Shown here piece after piece: positions 44,501 to 54,703 of a stretch of 64,000 bases of DNA; position 1 is the stretch's first letter; each line of letters starts with the position of its first letter. This stretch comes from Verrucomicrobiota bacterium (lineage in GTDB: Bacteria > Verrucomicrobiota > Verrucomicrobiia > Limisphaerales > JACRJY01). The stretch is taken from positions 30,560 to 94,559 of the forward strand of contig JACRJY010000023.1 in NCBI GenBank assembly GCA_016235585.1. Direction: 5' to 3'. Both the position numbers and the translations under genes were made by a program. The notes below the pieces were generated by a model. That model had not been told where the DNA came from and made no database searches. It worked only from the letters and a program-made list of their open reading frames with translations.

Positions 44501-45797
44501 GCTGCCGGAGGGCAGCCGCTCGACCATCATCAAGCTGCAGGGCACCTACGGGCCGTTGAACTACGTCTTCGTCACCCTGCCCACCAACGGCACCTTCACC
44601 AGCACCAACGGCTCGCTGACCCGCGCGCTGACCGGGCCGGAGCTGCGCTACGAGACCTTCCCCAACTCCAACGGCAAGGATCTGTTCAGCTACTACGTGC
44701 AGGAATACAACACCAACGGCGGCGGCAAGGTCTCCGCCGTGGCCAAGGTGGAGATCGTGGTCCTCGCGGTGAACGATCCGCCGGACTTCGATTTCGCCAG
44801 CAACAGCGTCACCGTGCTGGAGGACGCGCCGAAACAGGCCGTCACCAACTTCGCGGTGAACCTGGATCGCGGCGCAAGCTTCCATCCGACCGAAGCCAAG
44901 CAGACCATTTTATTCGTCGTGACCAACAGTTCCTCGAACCTCTTCAAGGTTCAGCCGGCCATCACGGACAAGGGGCTGCTCACCTTCCAGTCGCTGCCCA
45001 ACGCCCACGGCGTGGTGGACGTGGGCGTCGTGATGAAGGACAAGGGCGGCACGCTCAACGGCGGCGACGACACCGGGGACTTGAAGATGTTCACCATCAC
45101 CATCGTGCAGTCCAACGACAAGCCCGCCCTCAAACTGCTCTCCGCGCCAAAATCCATCAACGAGGACACCACCGGCCAGGCCGTGTTCACCGTCTATGAC
45201 GTGGAAACGCCGCGGGAAAACCTGATCTACCGTGTGGCGAACGTGACCAACACCACCCTCTTCCCCGACGTGAACGGCAACACCTTCACCGTCGTGGGCG
45301 ACACCTCGACCAACTTCGTCTGGGGCTGGACCAACGCGACCAACCGCACGCTGACGATTGTCCCGGCGACCAACCAGTTCGGCACCAACGTCGTCTGGAT
45401 CCAGGTGGATGACGGGACCAACACCACGACCATCACCCAGACCGTCGCCATCGCCTCGATCAACGACGCGCCCTCCTTCACCGTCGGCACCAACGTCATC
45501 GTCACGGGCACCGCCCAAATCACCCGCCTGCTTCCCGGCTGGGCCAGCAGCATGAGCCGCGGCCCGGCCAACGAAAACTCGCAGACGCTGACCTTCGTGC
45601 TGAAGGCGGCAAGCACCACGATGTTCTTCGTCAGCCCGGCGGTGGATTCCGCCAACGGCACGCTCACCTTCACGCCCAAGACCGGCGTCACCGGCTCCAC
45701 GACCGTGAGCATTTACCTGAAGGACAACGGCTCAAGCACGGCGCCCAACAAGGCCTACTCCACCACCAACACGTTCACCATCCAGATCAACCCGTAG
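35502..45797 (+). CDS. giant (3431 aa) multi-module surface protein: SBBP beta-propeller repeats, cadherin/Ig-like domains, delta-60/DUF5122-like propeller, 110-aa tandem repeats, FG-GAP/VCBS propeller, further Ig-like domains
   Basis: The ORF opens at 35313; the signal-peptide start MKSASIRRFFLAAALCLAAAAPVAAQ is at 35502. The frame is uninterrupted to the TAG at 45795-45797. A canonical terminator follows. Confidence 0.9.
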   Translation: MKSASIRRFFLAAALCLAAAAPVAAQVLNQASVTRYNNGLVVPTTDIPAKIVVDSSANSYVAGSSGGDIITTKYDASGSGVWTNRYNGPASGNDAATSVAVDASGNAYTAGYSEGTGSASDFVVIKYDSTGTPVWTNRYNGTLNGDDQARALAVDATGNVYVSGGAQSLGSSYDFVTIKYNSSGTPQWTNIYNGPANSSDKAAALVIDATGTNLIVTGESTGSGTGLDYATIKYQPNGTAMWTNRFSGAGNRSDIPVAIAFDNTVNNNVFVTGSSSVSGSGNDYVSVKYNGTTGAPVWTNRYNGTGNSSDQPVAIAVDSARNVYVTGYSYDSASSYDIATVKYDSVGNGVWTNRYNGTQNADDQGKSIFLDGAGNVYVAGTSDNAGSSYDFTVIKVDTAQGTNVWSFNYNGPGNGPDVAASLALDSSGNIYVTGASEGSGTGADFATVKLDSSGAQQWAARYNEFINGADELVALAVDSERNVYLAGRSVGLGSGVDYVVVKQNYSGATVWISRYNGDANGDDALTALTVDASGNVYATGTSDGDYVTVKYSANGAAIWTNRYNGPGNASDIPAAIATDAGGNVVVTGSSAGSAGDRDFATIKYNSSGAGVWTNRYNGPGASDDEAIALGLDTSGNAYVTGSSLGTSSGADYATIRINGTTGAGVWTNRYDGPVNDYDIPSAITLDGSGNVIVTGQSIGDAYYEDYATVKYNGSGVAQWTNRYSYILTNITESPPLSGIFYTNLTEVSDIARAIAVDSSGNVYVTGYSYGSDPFSFGGGGSLKDIATIKYSSAGSQVWVKRFNGPAGTLNDEGTAVDVDAAGNVYVTGSAESAGTGRDFATIKYNSGGAAVSTNYYDGPGSRADVATAVDARGVYNVIVAGTSPGSSGEADFAAILYYHTNAANVAPTADAQSVSTLEDAALPITLTGGDANSDALFYVIITPPANGTLTTIAPNVTYQPNAGYVGADSFTFKTSDGLLESAATTISITVNGVNDAPALSAFTNMVFVGVAGGSTLPFTITQPANENTQTITVTATSSNPSLIPSPLTVNYTSPNSTGNITFTPVANASGSALITVTSSDNGGTANGGVDSTTQTFVVTVYRALVKDPRVNFPVANGPIFTMTETNNTLFIGGGFTEVGTNSGKADAFYATNDAAVGTFPQVDRQVFAVIPDGAGGWYLGGDFTTVGGLPRSRLAHVLAGGTVDPGFTAQVDSTVSALYLNGTNLYVGGLFVRVTNVTGTVITGISNRVRFAVLDKDSGAVRDLGSNPSFDNQVLALLATSNTVYVGGIFTNITNIIAGPTTIVSNRNLLAAIDLSSGQLLSSFAAHCNSNSGNAVRALALSGTNLYFGGDFNTVSNGTTAFTNFRLAAVNYTSGVPKVGFRADLQARARALVVNGNDLFVGGDFTSITNTLGGTQTNRNRLAAVALTNGLVRLWNPNAGNVIRSMVLADTNLYVAGDFTNILGTNALGYFRRRLAAVSTNTANTNQVISAFNPAASDLVNAVAASGGVIAAGGNFSFHHGLMRQRLAAIATDTGEITDWDPTPNNTVLAMTLYGTNLIIGGQFTATRYGTGNRLAVITTNDGSFVAGITNGQFDNTVRALAVSGTRVFAGGDFTIVTNKVGAFERSRVGLMALDMNLNGATATDFIADALLTGGSNVLALAASGSTLYVGGTFTNISGQTRWRLAAVDAANGDIIPGFFVDANNTVQALMLRGNVLYAGGAFTSLTNSPGAAGGTRNRIASLALPNGGITSWNPSAGGTIYALDTIATNVYVGGSLTGTTGGQSRNRMAELSSTLNTATAWNPDSDNTVFALVARNGSLYAGGQFTQLGGLTSGTGVSRQGLVSFDTNSAPVNISPTMNTLANLTLNEDASQTTVNLSGISAGPPSESSQILTLTATSGNTALIPNPLTVTYTDPDTTGSISFTPTANASGSATISVVLTDDGGTANGGLNKTTNTFRVTVFSVNDVPTLNALASVTWNEDPGAKSVTLSGIGSGAANESQVITITATNNNPALFSAMSVTYTSPTSTGTLNYTPAANAFGTATVSVVVTDNGSTTNGGIDSVTNTFSVVVNSVNDTPTLDALGNLTVNENGNLQTINLTGISSGAANESAQVLTVTATSSTPGLIPNPNVSYASPDATGTITFTPVPNASGTATVSVTVNDGGGTANGGVEFLTRSFTVAVTGVNNAPTLNAIASLTLNEDISTNITLTGISAGPGENQTISVAATSSNPGVVPNPVVTYTSALSTGSLAITPAADASGSAVITVVVSDNGGTGNGGVNAVTNAFTVTVNSVNDAPVIDAVANLTLNEDAGGQSLNLTGINAGGGESQTLSLTASSSNTAVIDGVSPTYTSPNSTGTLAFSTVPDAYGTATITIIITDTGGTANGGVSAVTNTFSVVVNSVNDTPAMTPLGTQFLGYNSGANVRSLAGISAGPANESGQTISITATSGNPTLLPDPVVGYTSPNGTGTLTMTVNAAQSGTSLITVVVSDTGGTANGGVDAYTNTFVVNVNAGNTAPVINDQSLTTAEDTALNFILDATDPDPGNTVTVTILTNTLHGTLFIASQTNVTYYPARNYAGLDSFHYQATDGLLTATGTVTITITNVSDLYPFVFSNALTLPAGANPSAIVAAKFYKKIDLAVANYADNTVSIFLGTGGGISTTNPAFQAGGLFTNAIPATVAVGQGPVALAVTDITKDKSNDLVVVNRLGGSVQLLQGNGGGGFTVVSTTSLGAGSAPSGVAVGDFNKDTHLDLAVICESNNTVVILNGNSTGTFTPFRTNAVSGRPMAIVAGDFNKDMKIDLAVANYDSNTVSVLFGGGTGLFSNKNDFAVGQGPTALVAFDFNKDGRVDIAAANYQDDTVSILRSVLVTNAFIAGKPVTSNTFTLTNYPVAVNPSALAAVNVNKDLYTDLVIASHFENTASVMLGKANGQFDDFYFLDPSASQTVGTNPISLASGILNADTDPDVVVANWGSGNVSVLLNNYTPLAYKLKLNVLENTTTLPEGSRSTIIKLQGTYGPLNYVFVTLPTNGTFTSTNGSLTRALTGPELRYETFPNSNGKDLFSYYVQEYNTNGGGKVSAVAKVEIVVLAVNDPPDFDFASNSVTVLEDAPKQAVTNFAVNLDRGASFHPTEAKQTILFVVTNSSSNLFKVQPAITDKGLLTFQSLPNAHGVVDVGVVMKDKGGTLNGGDDTGDLKMFTITIVQSNDKPALKLLSAPKSINEDTTGQAVFTVYDVETPRENLIYRVANVTNTTLFPDVNGNTFTVVGDTSTNFVWGWTNATNRTLTIVPATNQFGTNVVWIQVDDGTNTTTITQTVAIASINDAPSFTVGTNVIVTGTAQITRLLPGWASSMSRGPANENSQTLTFVLKAASTTMFFVSPAVDSANGTLTFTPKTGVTGSTTVSIYLKDNGSSTAPNKAYSTTNTFTIQINP
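35640..38190 (+). repeat. ~15 SBBP-type beta-propeller coding repeats (~55-60 aa each)
   Basis: The recurring pattern is W[TV]NRYNGxxNxxDxAxA[IV]AVDxxGNVYVTGxSxxxxxxxDYATIKY. I counted 15 occurrences of the RYNG-type core. Confidence 0.8.
41070..43322 (+). repeat. ~7 in-frame tandem coding repeats of ~330 bp (110 aa)
   Basis: The units begin PT(L/M)N... and end ...VNSVND(A/T). The 21-nt core ggcggcacggccaacggcggc (GGTANGG) recurs at about 38750, 41330, 41996, 42650 and 42978. Confidence 0.85.
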
Positions 45798-45823
45798 CGG
45801 TGGCTTCAGTCACCACGTCTGGC

Positions 45824-45857
45824 AAAGCGCGCCGGCCAGTCCCGGCGCGCTTTTTTT
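45824..45857 (+). terminator. rho-independent terminator after the giant gene
   Basis: Stem gcgcgccgg (45827-45835), loop ccagtc, stem ccggcgcgc (45842-45850), then ttttttt (45851-45857). Confidence 0.8.
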
Positions 45858-45915
45858 CTAAATTTCACGAACCATCCTTGCCAAGGGCGGGGATGAAATT
45901 AAGCTTCCGGGGCTT

Positions 45916-46845
45916 ATGGAAAAAGTCGTCATCATCGGAACCGGCTGCGCCGGGCTTACGGCGGCGCTCTACACCGCGCGCGCAAACCTCTCCCCGCTCG
46001 TCCTCACCGGCATCATGCCCGGCGGGCTGCTCACCACCACGAGCATCGTCGAGAATTTCCCCGGCTTCCCCGAGGGCGTGGACGGCTACGAGCTGATGAC
46101 GCGGATGCAGAAGCAGGCCGAGCGCTTCGGCGCGCGCGTGCAGTTCGCCACGGTCGAGGCGGTGGATTTTTCGCGGCGCCCGTTCACGCTGGCCGTGGAC
46201 GGCGAGCCGGTGCAGGCGCAGACCGTCATCATCGCCACCGGCGCGGGGCACCGGCACCTCGGCGTGCCGGGCGAGGACATTCTGGAGAAGAAGGGAGTGA
46301 CCTATTGCGCGACGTGCGACGGCGCGCTGCCGATGTTCCGCAACCAGCCGCTCGTCGTCGTCGGCGGCGGGGACTCGGCCTGCGAGGAGGCGACGTATCT
46401 GACGCGCTTCGCCTCGGTGGTGCATCTTATTCACCGGCGCGACAGCCTGCGCGCCTCAAAAATCATGGCGGAGCGCACGCTGGCAAATCCTAAAATCAAG
46501 CCGGTGTGGGACTCGGTGGTGACGGAAGTGCTCGACCCGAAGCTGGACAAGGTGACGGGCGTGAAATTGAAAAACTTGAAGACCGGCGCGGAGAGCACCC
46601 TGGATTGCGCGGGCGTGTTCGTCGCCATCGGCCATGTCCCAAACACGCAGCTTTTCACGGGCAAGCTTGATCTGGATGAAGCCGGCTACGTGATTCCCCG
46701 GCAGGGCGCGCAGACCAATGTGGAAGGCGTGTTCGTCGCGGGCGACTGCTCGGATCACATCTACCGGCAGGCGATCACGGCGGCGGGCATGGGCTGCGCG
46801 GCGGCGATTGAGGCGGAGCGCCATCTCGCCGGTTTGAGCCAGTGA
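45916..46845 (+). CDS. trxB: thioredoxin-disulfide reductase
   Basis: 309 aa. Contains IIGTGCAGLTAALY (FAD GxGxxG), the redox-active CATCDG, and VVGGGDSACEEA (NADPH site). Confidence 0.9.
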   Translation: MEKVVIIGTGCAGLTAALYTARANLSPLVLTGIMPGGLLTTTSIVENFPGFPEGVDGYELMTRMQKQAERFGARVQFATVEAVDFSRRPFTLAVDGEPVQAQTVIIATGAGHRHLGVPGEDILEKKGVTYCATCDGALPMFRNQPLVVVGGGDSACEEATYLTRFASVVHLIHRRDSLRASKIMAERTLANPKIKPVWDSVVTEVLDPKLDKVTGVKLKNLKTGAESTLDCAGVFVAIGHVPNTQLFTGKLDLDEAGYVIPRQGAQTNVEGVFVAGDCSDHIYRQAITAAGMGCAAAIEAERHLAGLSQ

Positions 46846-46959
46846 CGCGGGCGACGTTGTGCGGCGAGCTTCCGCCGCCCCGCACGGCACAGGTTTCCGG
46901 GCAATTTTGCGGCGCGATTTCATTTATCATTCCTGTAAAATGATGTTTAATCCACCGGC

Positions 46960-47622
46960 ATGAAACAACGACGGTCGCAAATCAGCCGCGTCACGAAGGA
47001 GACTTCCATCCGCGTGCGATTGAATCTCGACGGCACGGGCAAGTCATCGGTGAACACCGGCATCCCCTTCTTCGATCATATGCTCACGCTGCTCGCCAGA
47101 CACGCGGTCGTGGACTTGTCGCTCCGTTGCAAAGGCGATCTGGAGGTGGACGCGCACCACACGGTGGAGGACTGCGGCATCGCGCTCGGCCAGGCGGTGC
47201 TCCGCGCGCTGGGCGACAAGCGCGGCATCCGGCGCTATGGCGCGGGGTTTGACCCGCGCAACCCGTTCACCGGCGAGGCCTACGTGCCGATGGATGAAAC
47301 CCTCGCGCGCGCCGTGGTGGATTTTTGCGGGCGGCCAACCCTTGTCTGGCGCGGGCTGGAGAATTTTTCCCACAAGCGCATCAGTCCGGCGGAAAAAAGG
47401 CAGGACGCTTCGTCGGCGTTCCGCTTCGGACTGGCGCGGGAGTTTTTCCAGGGCTTCGCGAACGAGGCCCGTTGCGCGCTGCATCTGGAGCTGCTTTACG
47501 GCAGCGAGCCGCATCACGTCGTCGAGGCGCTGTTCAAGGCCTTCGCCCGGGCGATGGACGCCGCCGGCCAGCGCGATCCGCGCATCGCCGGTGAACTGCC
47601 CAGCACCAAGGGCAAATTGTGA
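46960..47622 (+). CDS. hisB: imidazoleglycerol-phosphate dehydratase
   Basis: 220 aa. Contains TKETSIRVRLNLDG, DAHHTVEDCGIALGQA and SEPHHVVEALFKAFARA. Confidence 0.9.
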   Translation: MKQRRSQISRVTKETSIRVRLNLDGTGKSSVNTGIPFFDHMLTLLARHAVVDLSLRCKGDLEVDAHHTVEDCGIALGQAVLRALGDKRGIRRYGAGFDPRNPFTGEAYVPMDETLARAVVDFCGRPTLVWRGLENFSHKRISPAEKRQDASSAFRFGLAREFFQGFANEARCALHLELLYGSEPHHVVEALFKAFARAMDAAGQRDPRIAGELPSTKGKL

Positions 47623-47660
47623 AGCGTTGAATAAGCCCGCCCACCACCCCGTCGAAACCC

Positions 47661-48257
47661 ATGCCGAAAGCGACTGACTACAGCGGCCACGAGGACAAGG
47701 CTCTGGTAAGCGCAGCGCAGCGGGGGCGGATGCCGGCATTTGAAGAGCTGGTCGCCCGGCACCGGGACAAGATATATGCCCGCGCGTTCAGCATGGTTCG
47801 CAACGAGGACGAGGCTGTTGACCTCTCCCAGGAAGCATGGGTGAAGGGCTGGCAGCGGATAAAGCAGTTCCACGGCGACGCCAGCTTTGCGACGTGGATG
47901 ACGCGGATTGTCATTAATCTCTGTCTGGATCATCTGCGGAAGCAGAAGCGCCAGCGTGCGGAGTCCATTGAGCAGTTGTCCGAAGAGATGGGCGGAGTCG
48001 AGCGGCAGATGCCGGTCGTCAATGTTAATCCAACCGAGCGGTTGGAACGTTCGGAACTGCGGGCGCGAATCGACCGGGCGATGCAGCAGTTGTCCACGGA
48101 GCACCGGGTGGCGCTGGTGCTGCACGAATTCGAAGGCTTGGAATACAAAGAGATTGCCAAGCGTATGGACTGCTCGATCGGCACGGTGATGTCGCGGTTG
48201 TTTTACGCGCGCCGCAAGATGGCGGTGCTGCTGGCGGGATTGAAAAAAGATTTTTAA
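47661..48257 (+). CDS. ECF-type RNA polymerase sigma-70 factor
   Basis: 198 aa. Region 2 is FEELVARHRDKIYARAF...DLSQEAWVKGW. Region 4 is VLHEFEGLEYKEIAKRMDCSIGTVMSRLFYARRKM. Confidence 0.9.
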   Translation: MPKATDYSGHEDKALVSAAQRGRMPAFEELVARHRDKIYARAFSMVRNEDEAVDLSQEAWVKGWQRIKQFHGDASFATWMTRIVINLCLDHLRKQKRQRAESIEQLSEEMGGVERQMPVVNVNPTERLERSELRARIDRAMQQLSTEHRVALVLHEFEGLEYKEIAKRMDCSIGTVMSRLFYARRKMAVLLAGLKKDF

Positions 48258-48260
48258 CTT

Positions 48261-48767
48261 ATGAACTACGAGACACAACTGAAAATCCAGGCCGGCTTGG
48301 ACGGAGAAATTTCCGCCGCCGAGCAGCGTGATTTGGAACGCCTGCTCGCCACGGACGAACAAGCAACGGCGCTGTTCACGGAACTGCGGCAAACCTCCGC
48401 CGCCCTCGCCGGCAACGAGCTCGCACCGACGGTTCCGCTCACTCGCGAGTTTTACTGGAGCCGGATTGAGCGCAACATCGAACGGCTGGAGAAGGAGGCC
48501 GCCTCCGCCCCGTCGCGCCTGGCCCAATGGCTCCGCTGGCTGGCTCCCGCCGGCGCCTTGAGCGCCCTGGCCATCGTGGCGTTCCTTTCCCTGCGCGAGG
48601 CTACTCCCGGCATGGATGAGATTGAAACGCCGCTGGAACAGGCCAGCGTCTATTCCTTCCGTTCGCCGTCGGAAAAAATGTCCGTCGTCTGGGTGCAAAG
48701 CGATGTCAACTACGAGTTCACCTCGCCGGATCTGGAAGGCAAGGCGCAGCCCGATGAGGAGAAATAA
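48261..48767 (+). CDS. putative anti-sigma factor (single-pass membrane protein)
   Basis: Starts 4 nt after the sigma gene stop. N-terminal helical segment LDGEISAAEQRDLERLL, and a TM helix WLRWLAPAGALSALAIVAFLSL. Confidence 0.65.
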   Translation: MNYETQLKIQAGLDGEISAAEQRDLERLLATDEQATALFTELRQTSAALAGNELAPTVPLTREFYWSRIERNIERLEKEAASAPSRLAQWLRWLAPAGALSALAIVAFLSLREATPGMDEIETPLEQASVYSFRSPSEKMSVVWVQSDVNYEFTSPDLEGKAQPDEEK

Positions 48768-49218
48768 GCCGGGCCGGTTTTTCCTGCGCCTCTCGCTTTG
48801 GCTTCTCGTTGGGGCCGCGATTTTGGGGAGTGTTTCTGCAGGTGCATCCGAACTCCAGTTGCAGGCACAACTCATTTGGGGCAGCAACGGCGGCGTGCCC
48901 TCCAAGCCGTCGCATAAGGAAGTGGACGCCCAACTGCGCGACAAGCTGCGGAACATCTTCAAGTGGAACAAGTATTTCGAGGTGGAGCGCAAGGCTTTCA
49001 CCGTCCCTCCGGTGCGGGAGGTCAAATTGAGCGAGGATTGCACGATCCAAGTGAAGCATCTGGGCGAGAACAAGGTTGAGGTTCGCCTCTTCGGCAAGAA
49101 TCGCCACATGGTAACCAAGCGCCAGTCCATCACTCGCGACGAGTCAATCGTCCTGGCGGGCGACGGCAAGGACGGCACTGCCTGGTTCGTTGTCGTGACG
49201 TTGGCTGGAAAGAAATAA
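48754..49218 (+). CDS. small secreted protein of unknown function, translationally coupled to the anti-sigma gene
   Basis: The ATG at 48754 overlaps the anti-sigma stop by 14 nt. The N-terminus MRRNKPGRFFLRLSLWLLVGAAILGSVSAGA is a signal peptide. 154 aa. Confidence 0.6.
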   Translation: MRRNKPGRFFLRLSLWLLVGAAILGSVSAGASELQLQAQLIWGSNGGVPSKPSHKEVDAQLRDKLRNIFKWNKYFEVERKAFTVPPVREVKLSEDCTIQVKHLGENKVEVRLFGKNRHMVTKRQSITRDESIVLAGDGKDGTAWFVVVTLAGKK

Positions 49219-49441
49219 CTCCGGCCTCCCGGTTCGGCGGCCCCGCGATTTTTCGGGTTTGGTTCCCTCTCCCCGCCTGCAATCAGCCCGTGGTGCGACA
49301 CCCAATCTGTCCAGTCCCGCCATTCCGGAGCACACAACTAATAGATTTTTAAGCCCAAATATCACCAGATTGGTGTTGTCATCCATCGGCTTAAAAAGTA
49401 GGATTTTCCGTGTAAAATATGCGCCTTGAAACGCGCCTTGA

Positions 49442-51970
<2,529 letters not shown>

Positions 51971-52003
51971 CCGCGCCCCGGCAATTTTTCCCGAACCCGC
52001 ATC

Positions 52004-54703
52004 ATGCCAGACGAAAACGACTCCAATCAAACGCCCCGGCCACCGCAGTCGCCGGAGCAGAGGCCCAGCGGCGGTGCTTACACGCAGGGCGAGAAGATTT
52101 CCAAGATCAACGTCGCGGACGAGATCAAGAACTCGTTCCTTGACTACTCGATGTCCGTGATCATTTCGCGCGCGCTGCCCGACGTGCGCGACGGACTCAA
52201 GCCCTCGCAGCGACGCATCCTTTACGCGATGGAGAACCTGTCGCTGTTTCCGGGGCGCAAGCACATCAAGTGCGCGAAAATCTGCGGCGACACTTCCGGC
52301 AACTACCACCCGCACGGCGAAGCGGTGATCTACCCGACGCTCGTCCACATGGCGCAGCCGTGGGCGATGCGCGAGAAGCTCGTGGACGGCAAGGGCAACT
52401 TTGGCTCGGTTGAAAACGATCCGCCGGCAGCGATGCGTTACACCGAGGCGCGGCTCACGCATCTCGGCGCGTTGCTGATGTCCGACATGGAGAAGGACAC
52501 GGTGGACTTCGTCCCGAACTACGACGAACGCCTCACCGAGCCGACGGTGTTTCCCGCCGCGTTTCCGAACCTGCTCGTCAACGGCGGCACGGGCATCGCC
52601 GTCGGCATGGCGACGAATATGCCGCCGCACAATCTCGGCGAAGTCATTGACGGCATCTGCGCGCAGATTGACAAGCCGGCGATCACGATTCCCGAACTGA
52701 TGAAGTTCATCAAAGGCCCGGATTTTCCGACGGGCGGTTTCATCTGCGGCGTCGAGGGCATCAAGAATTATTTCACGACCGGCAAGGGCAGCATCAAGCT
52801 GCGCGGACGCATCGGCGTGGAGGAGATGAAGGGCAACCGCGAGCAGCTCGTCATCACCGAGATTCCTTTCAACGTCAACCGCGCCGGCCTGGAGGAGCAG
52901 ATTGCCGCGCTGGTCAACGACAAGGTCATCACGGAAATCTCCGCGATGCGCAACGAGTCGGACGAGCATTGCCGGCTCGTGATCGAGCTGAAACGCGACG
53001 GCGCGCCGAAGGTCGTCATCGCCAACCTGTTCAAGCACACGCAACTGGAGATTTCGTTCAGTGTCAACTCGCTGGCCATCGATCATGGCCGCCCGAAAAC
53101 GCTCAACCTCAAGGAAATCATCCAGTGCTACATCGAGCACCGCCGCGAAGTCATCCTGCGCCGCACGCGCTTCGAGTTGAAGAAGGCGGAAGAACGCGCC
53201 GAACTGCTCGAAGGCTACATCATCGCGCTGTCGAACCTCGACGAGTTCATCCACATCATCCGATCCAGCAAGACGCGCGACGAGGCGAAGGTCAAGCTGC
53301 TGGCGTTCGAGTGGTCACGCGCACAGGTGGAGAAGTGGGGCGTGCTGATCCGCAGCGAGGCTCGCTTGCAGGCGGGCCGTTACGCGCTGACCGAGCGGCA
53401 GGTGGATGCAATTCTGGACTTGCGCCTGTATCAGCTGACCGGCCTGGAAATCGACAAGATTGACAAGGAATACAAGGCGTTGCTCGAAATCATCAAGGAT
53501 CTGCTCGACATTCTCGCGAAGGAATCGCGCGTGATGGCGATTATCAAAGCCGAACTTCAGGCGATCAAAGAGAAGCACGCCACGCCGCGCAAGACCGAGA
53601 TTGTCCCCGACGAGGGCGAGATCGCCATCGAGGATCTCATCGCCAACGAGGGCGTCATCATCACGCTCACGCACGCGGGCCTGCTCAAGCGCACCAACGT
53701 CAGCCAATACCGCGCGCAGCGGCGCGGCGGCAAGGGCGTCATCGGCATGACCACGCGCGAGGGCGAGACGGCGGACGACACGGATTTCGTCGAGCATCTC
53801 TTCACCGCCAGCACGCACGACTATCTGATGTTCTTCACGAACAAGGGCCGCGTGTATGTGGAGCGCGTGCATGAGATTCCCGACATGGGCCGCGCCGCGA
53901 AGGGCCGCAGCATCGCGAACCTGCTTGAATTGAAGGCTGATGAAAAAATCGCGGCCCTCATCCGCATCCTTTCCAAGACTGACGCAAACAAGGAGGACGT
54001 GACGTGGCAGCAGGCTGGCGAACTGTTCTTCGCCACGCAGCAGGGCACGGTGAAGAAAACTTCCTTGAGCGATTTCGCCAACGTCCGCAAGGGCGGCATC
54101 ATCGCCATCACGATTGATCCGGGCGACACGCTGATTGACGTGAAGCAGACGCGCGGCAGCGTGGAGGGCGGCGACGAGGGCGACGACGTGGTGCTCATCA
54201 CACGCGACGGCATGAGCATCCGCTTCGGCGAGTCCGACGTGCGCTCGATGGGCCGTTCCGCCGGCGGCGTGAAGGGCATCACCTTGGAAAAGGGCGACGC
54301 CGTGGTGGCGCTCGCCGTGGTCGTTCCCGACGCGGCGCTGCTGGTTGCCGGCGAGAACGGCATCGGCAAGCGCACTTCGTTCGACGAATATCTTGTCCAG
54401 TCGGAAAGCGGCGCGCGCAAGCAGTCGCGCGGCGGCAAGGGCCGCATCACGATGAAGGTCGGCGAGAAAACCGGCGGCGTCATCGGCGCGCTTCCGGTTC
54501 GCGACACCGACGAAATCATGCTCATCACCGTCGGCGGCCAGATGGTGCGGACGTCCGTGAAGGACATCCGCGAGGCGGGCCGCAACACGATGGGCGTGAA
54601 GCTCGTGAACCTCGAACCGGGCGACAAGCTCCAAGCCATCGCGCCCGTCGTCAGCGAGGACGGCGGCGAGGAGCGGGCGGTCGCGGAGGCGGCGCAGGTT
54701 TAG
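52004..54703 (+). CDS. gyrA: DNA gyrase subunit A
   Basis: 899 aa. Contains [14 protein letters not shown], the catalytic-Tyr context [10 protein letters not shown], and the GyrA box QRRGGKG. Confidence 0.95.
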   Translation: MPDENDSNQTPRPPQSPEQRPSGGAYTQGEKISKINVADEIKNSFLDYSMSVIISRALPDVRDGLKPSQRRILYAMENLSLFPGRKHIKCAKICGDTSGNYHPHGEAVIYPTLVHMAQPWAMREKLVDGKGNFGSVENDPPAAMRYTEARLTHLGALLMSDMEKDTVDFVPNYDERLTEPTVFPAAFPNLLVNGGTGIAVGMATNMPPHNLGEVIDGICAQIDKPAITIPELMKFIKGPDFPTGGFICGVEGIKNYFTTGKGSIKLRGRIGVEEMKGNREQLVITEIPFNVNRAGLEEQIAALVNDKVITEISAMRNESDEHCRLVIELKRDGAPKVVIANLFKHTQLEISFSVNSLAIDHGRPKTLNLKEIIQCYIEHRREVILRRTRFELKKAEERAELLEGYIIALSNLDEFIHIIRSSKTRDEAKVKLLAFEWSRAQVEKWGVLIRSEARLQAGRYALTERQVDAILDLRLYQLTGLEIDKIDKEYKALLEIIKDLLDILAKESRVMAIIKAELQAIKEKHATPRKTEIVPDEGEIAIEDLIANEGVIITLTHAGLLKRTNVSQYRAQRRGGKGVIGMTTREGETADDTDFVEHLFTASTHDYLMFFTNKGRVYVERVHEIPDMGRAAKGRSIANLLELKADEKIAALIRILSKTDANKEDVTWQQAGELFFATQQGTVKKTSLSDFANVRKGGIIAITIDPGDTLIDVKQTRGSVEGGDEGDDVVLITRDGMSIRFGESDVRSMGRSAGGVKGITLEKGDAVVALAVVVPDAALLVAGENGIGKRTSFDEYLVQSESGARKQSRGGKGRITMKVGEKTGGVIGALPVRDTDEIMLITVGGQMVRTSVKDIREAGRNTMGVKLVNLEPGDKLQAIAPVVSEDGGEERAVAEAAQV

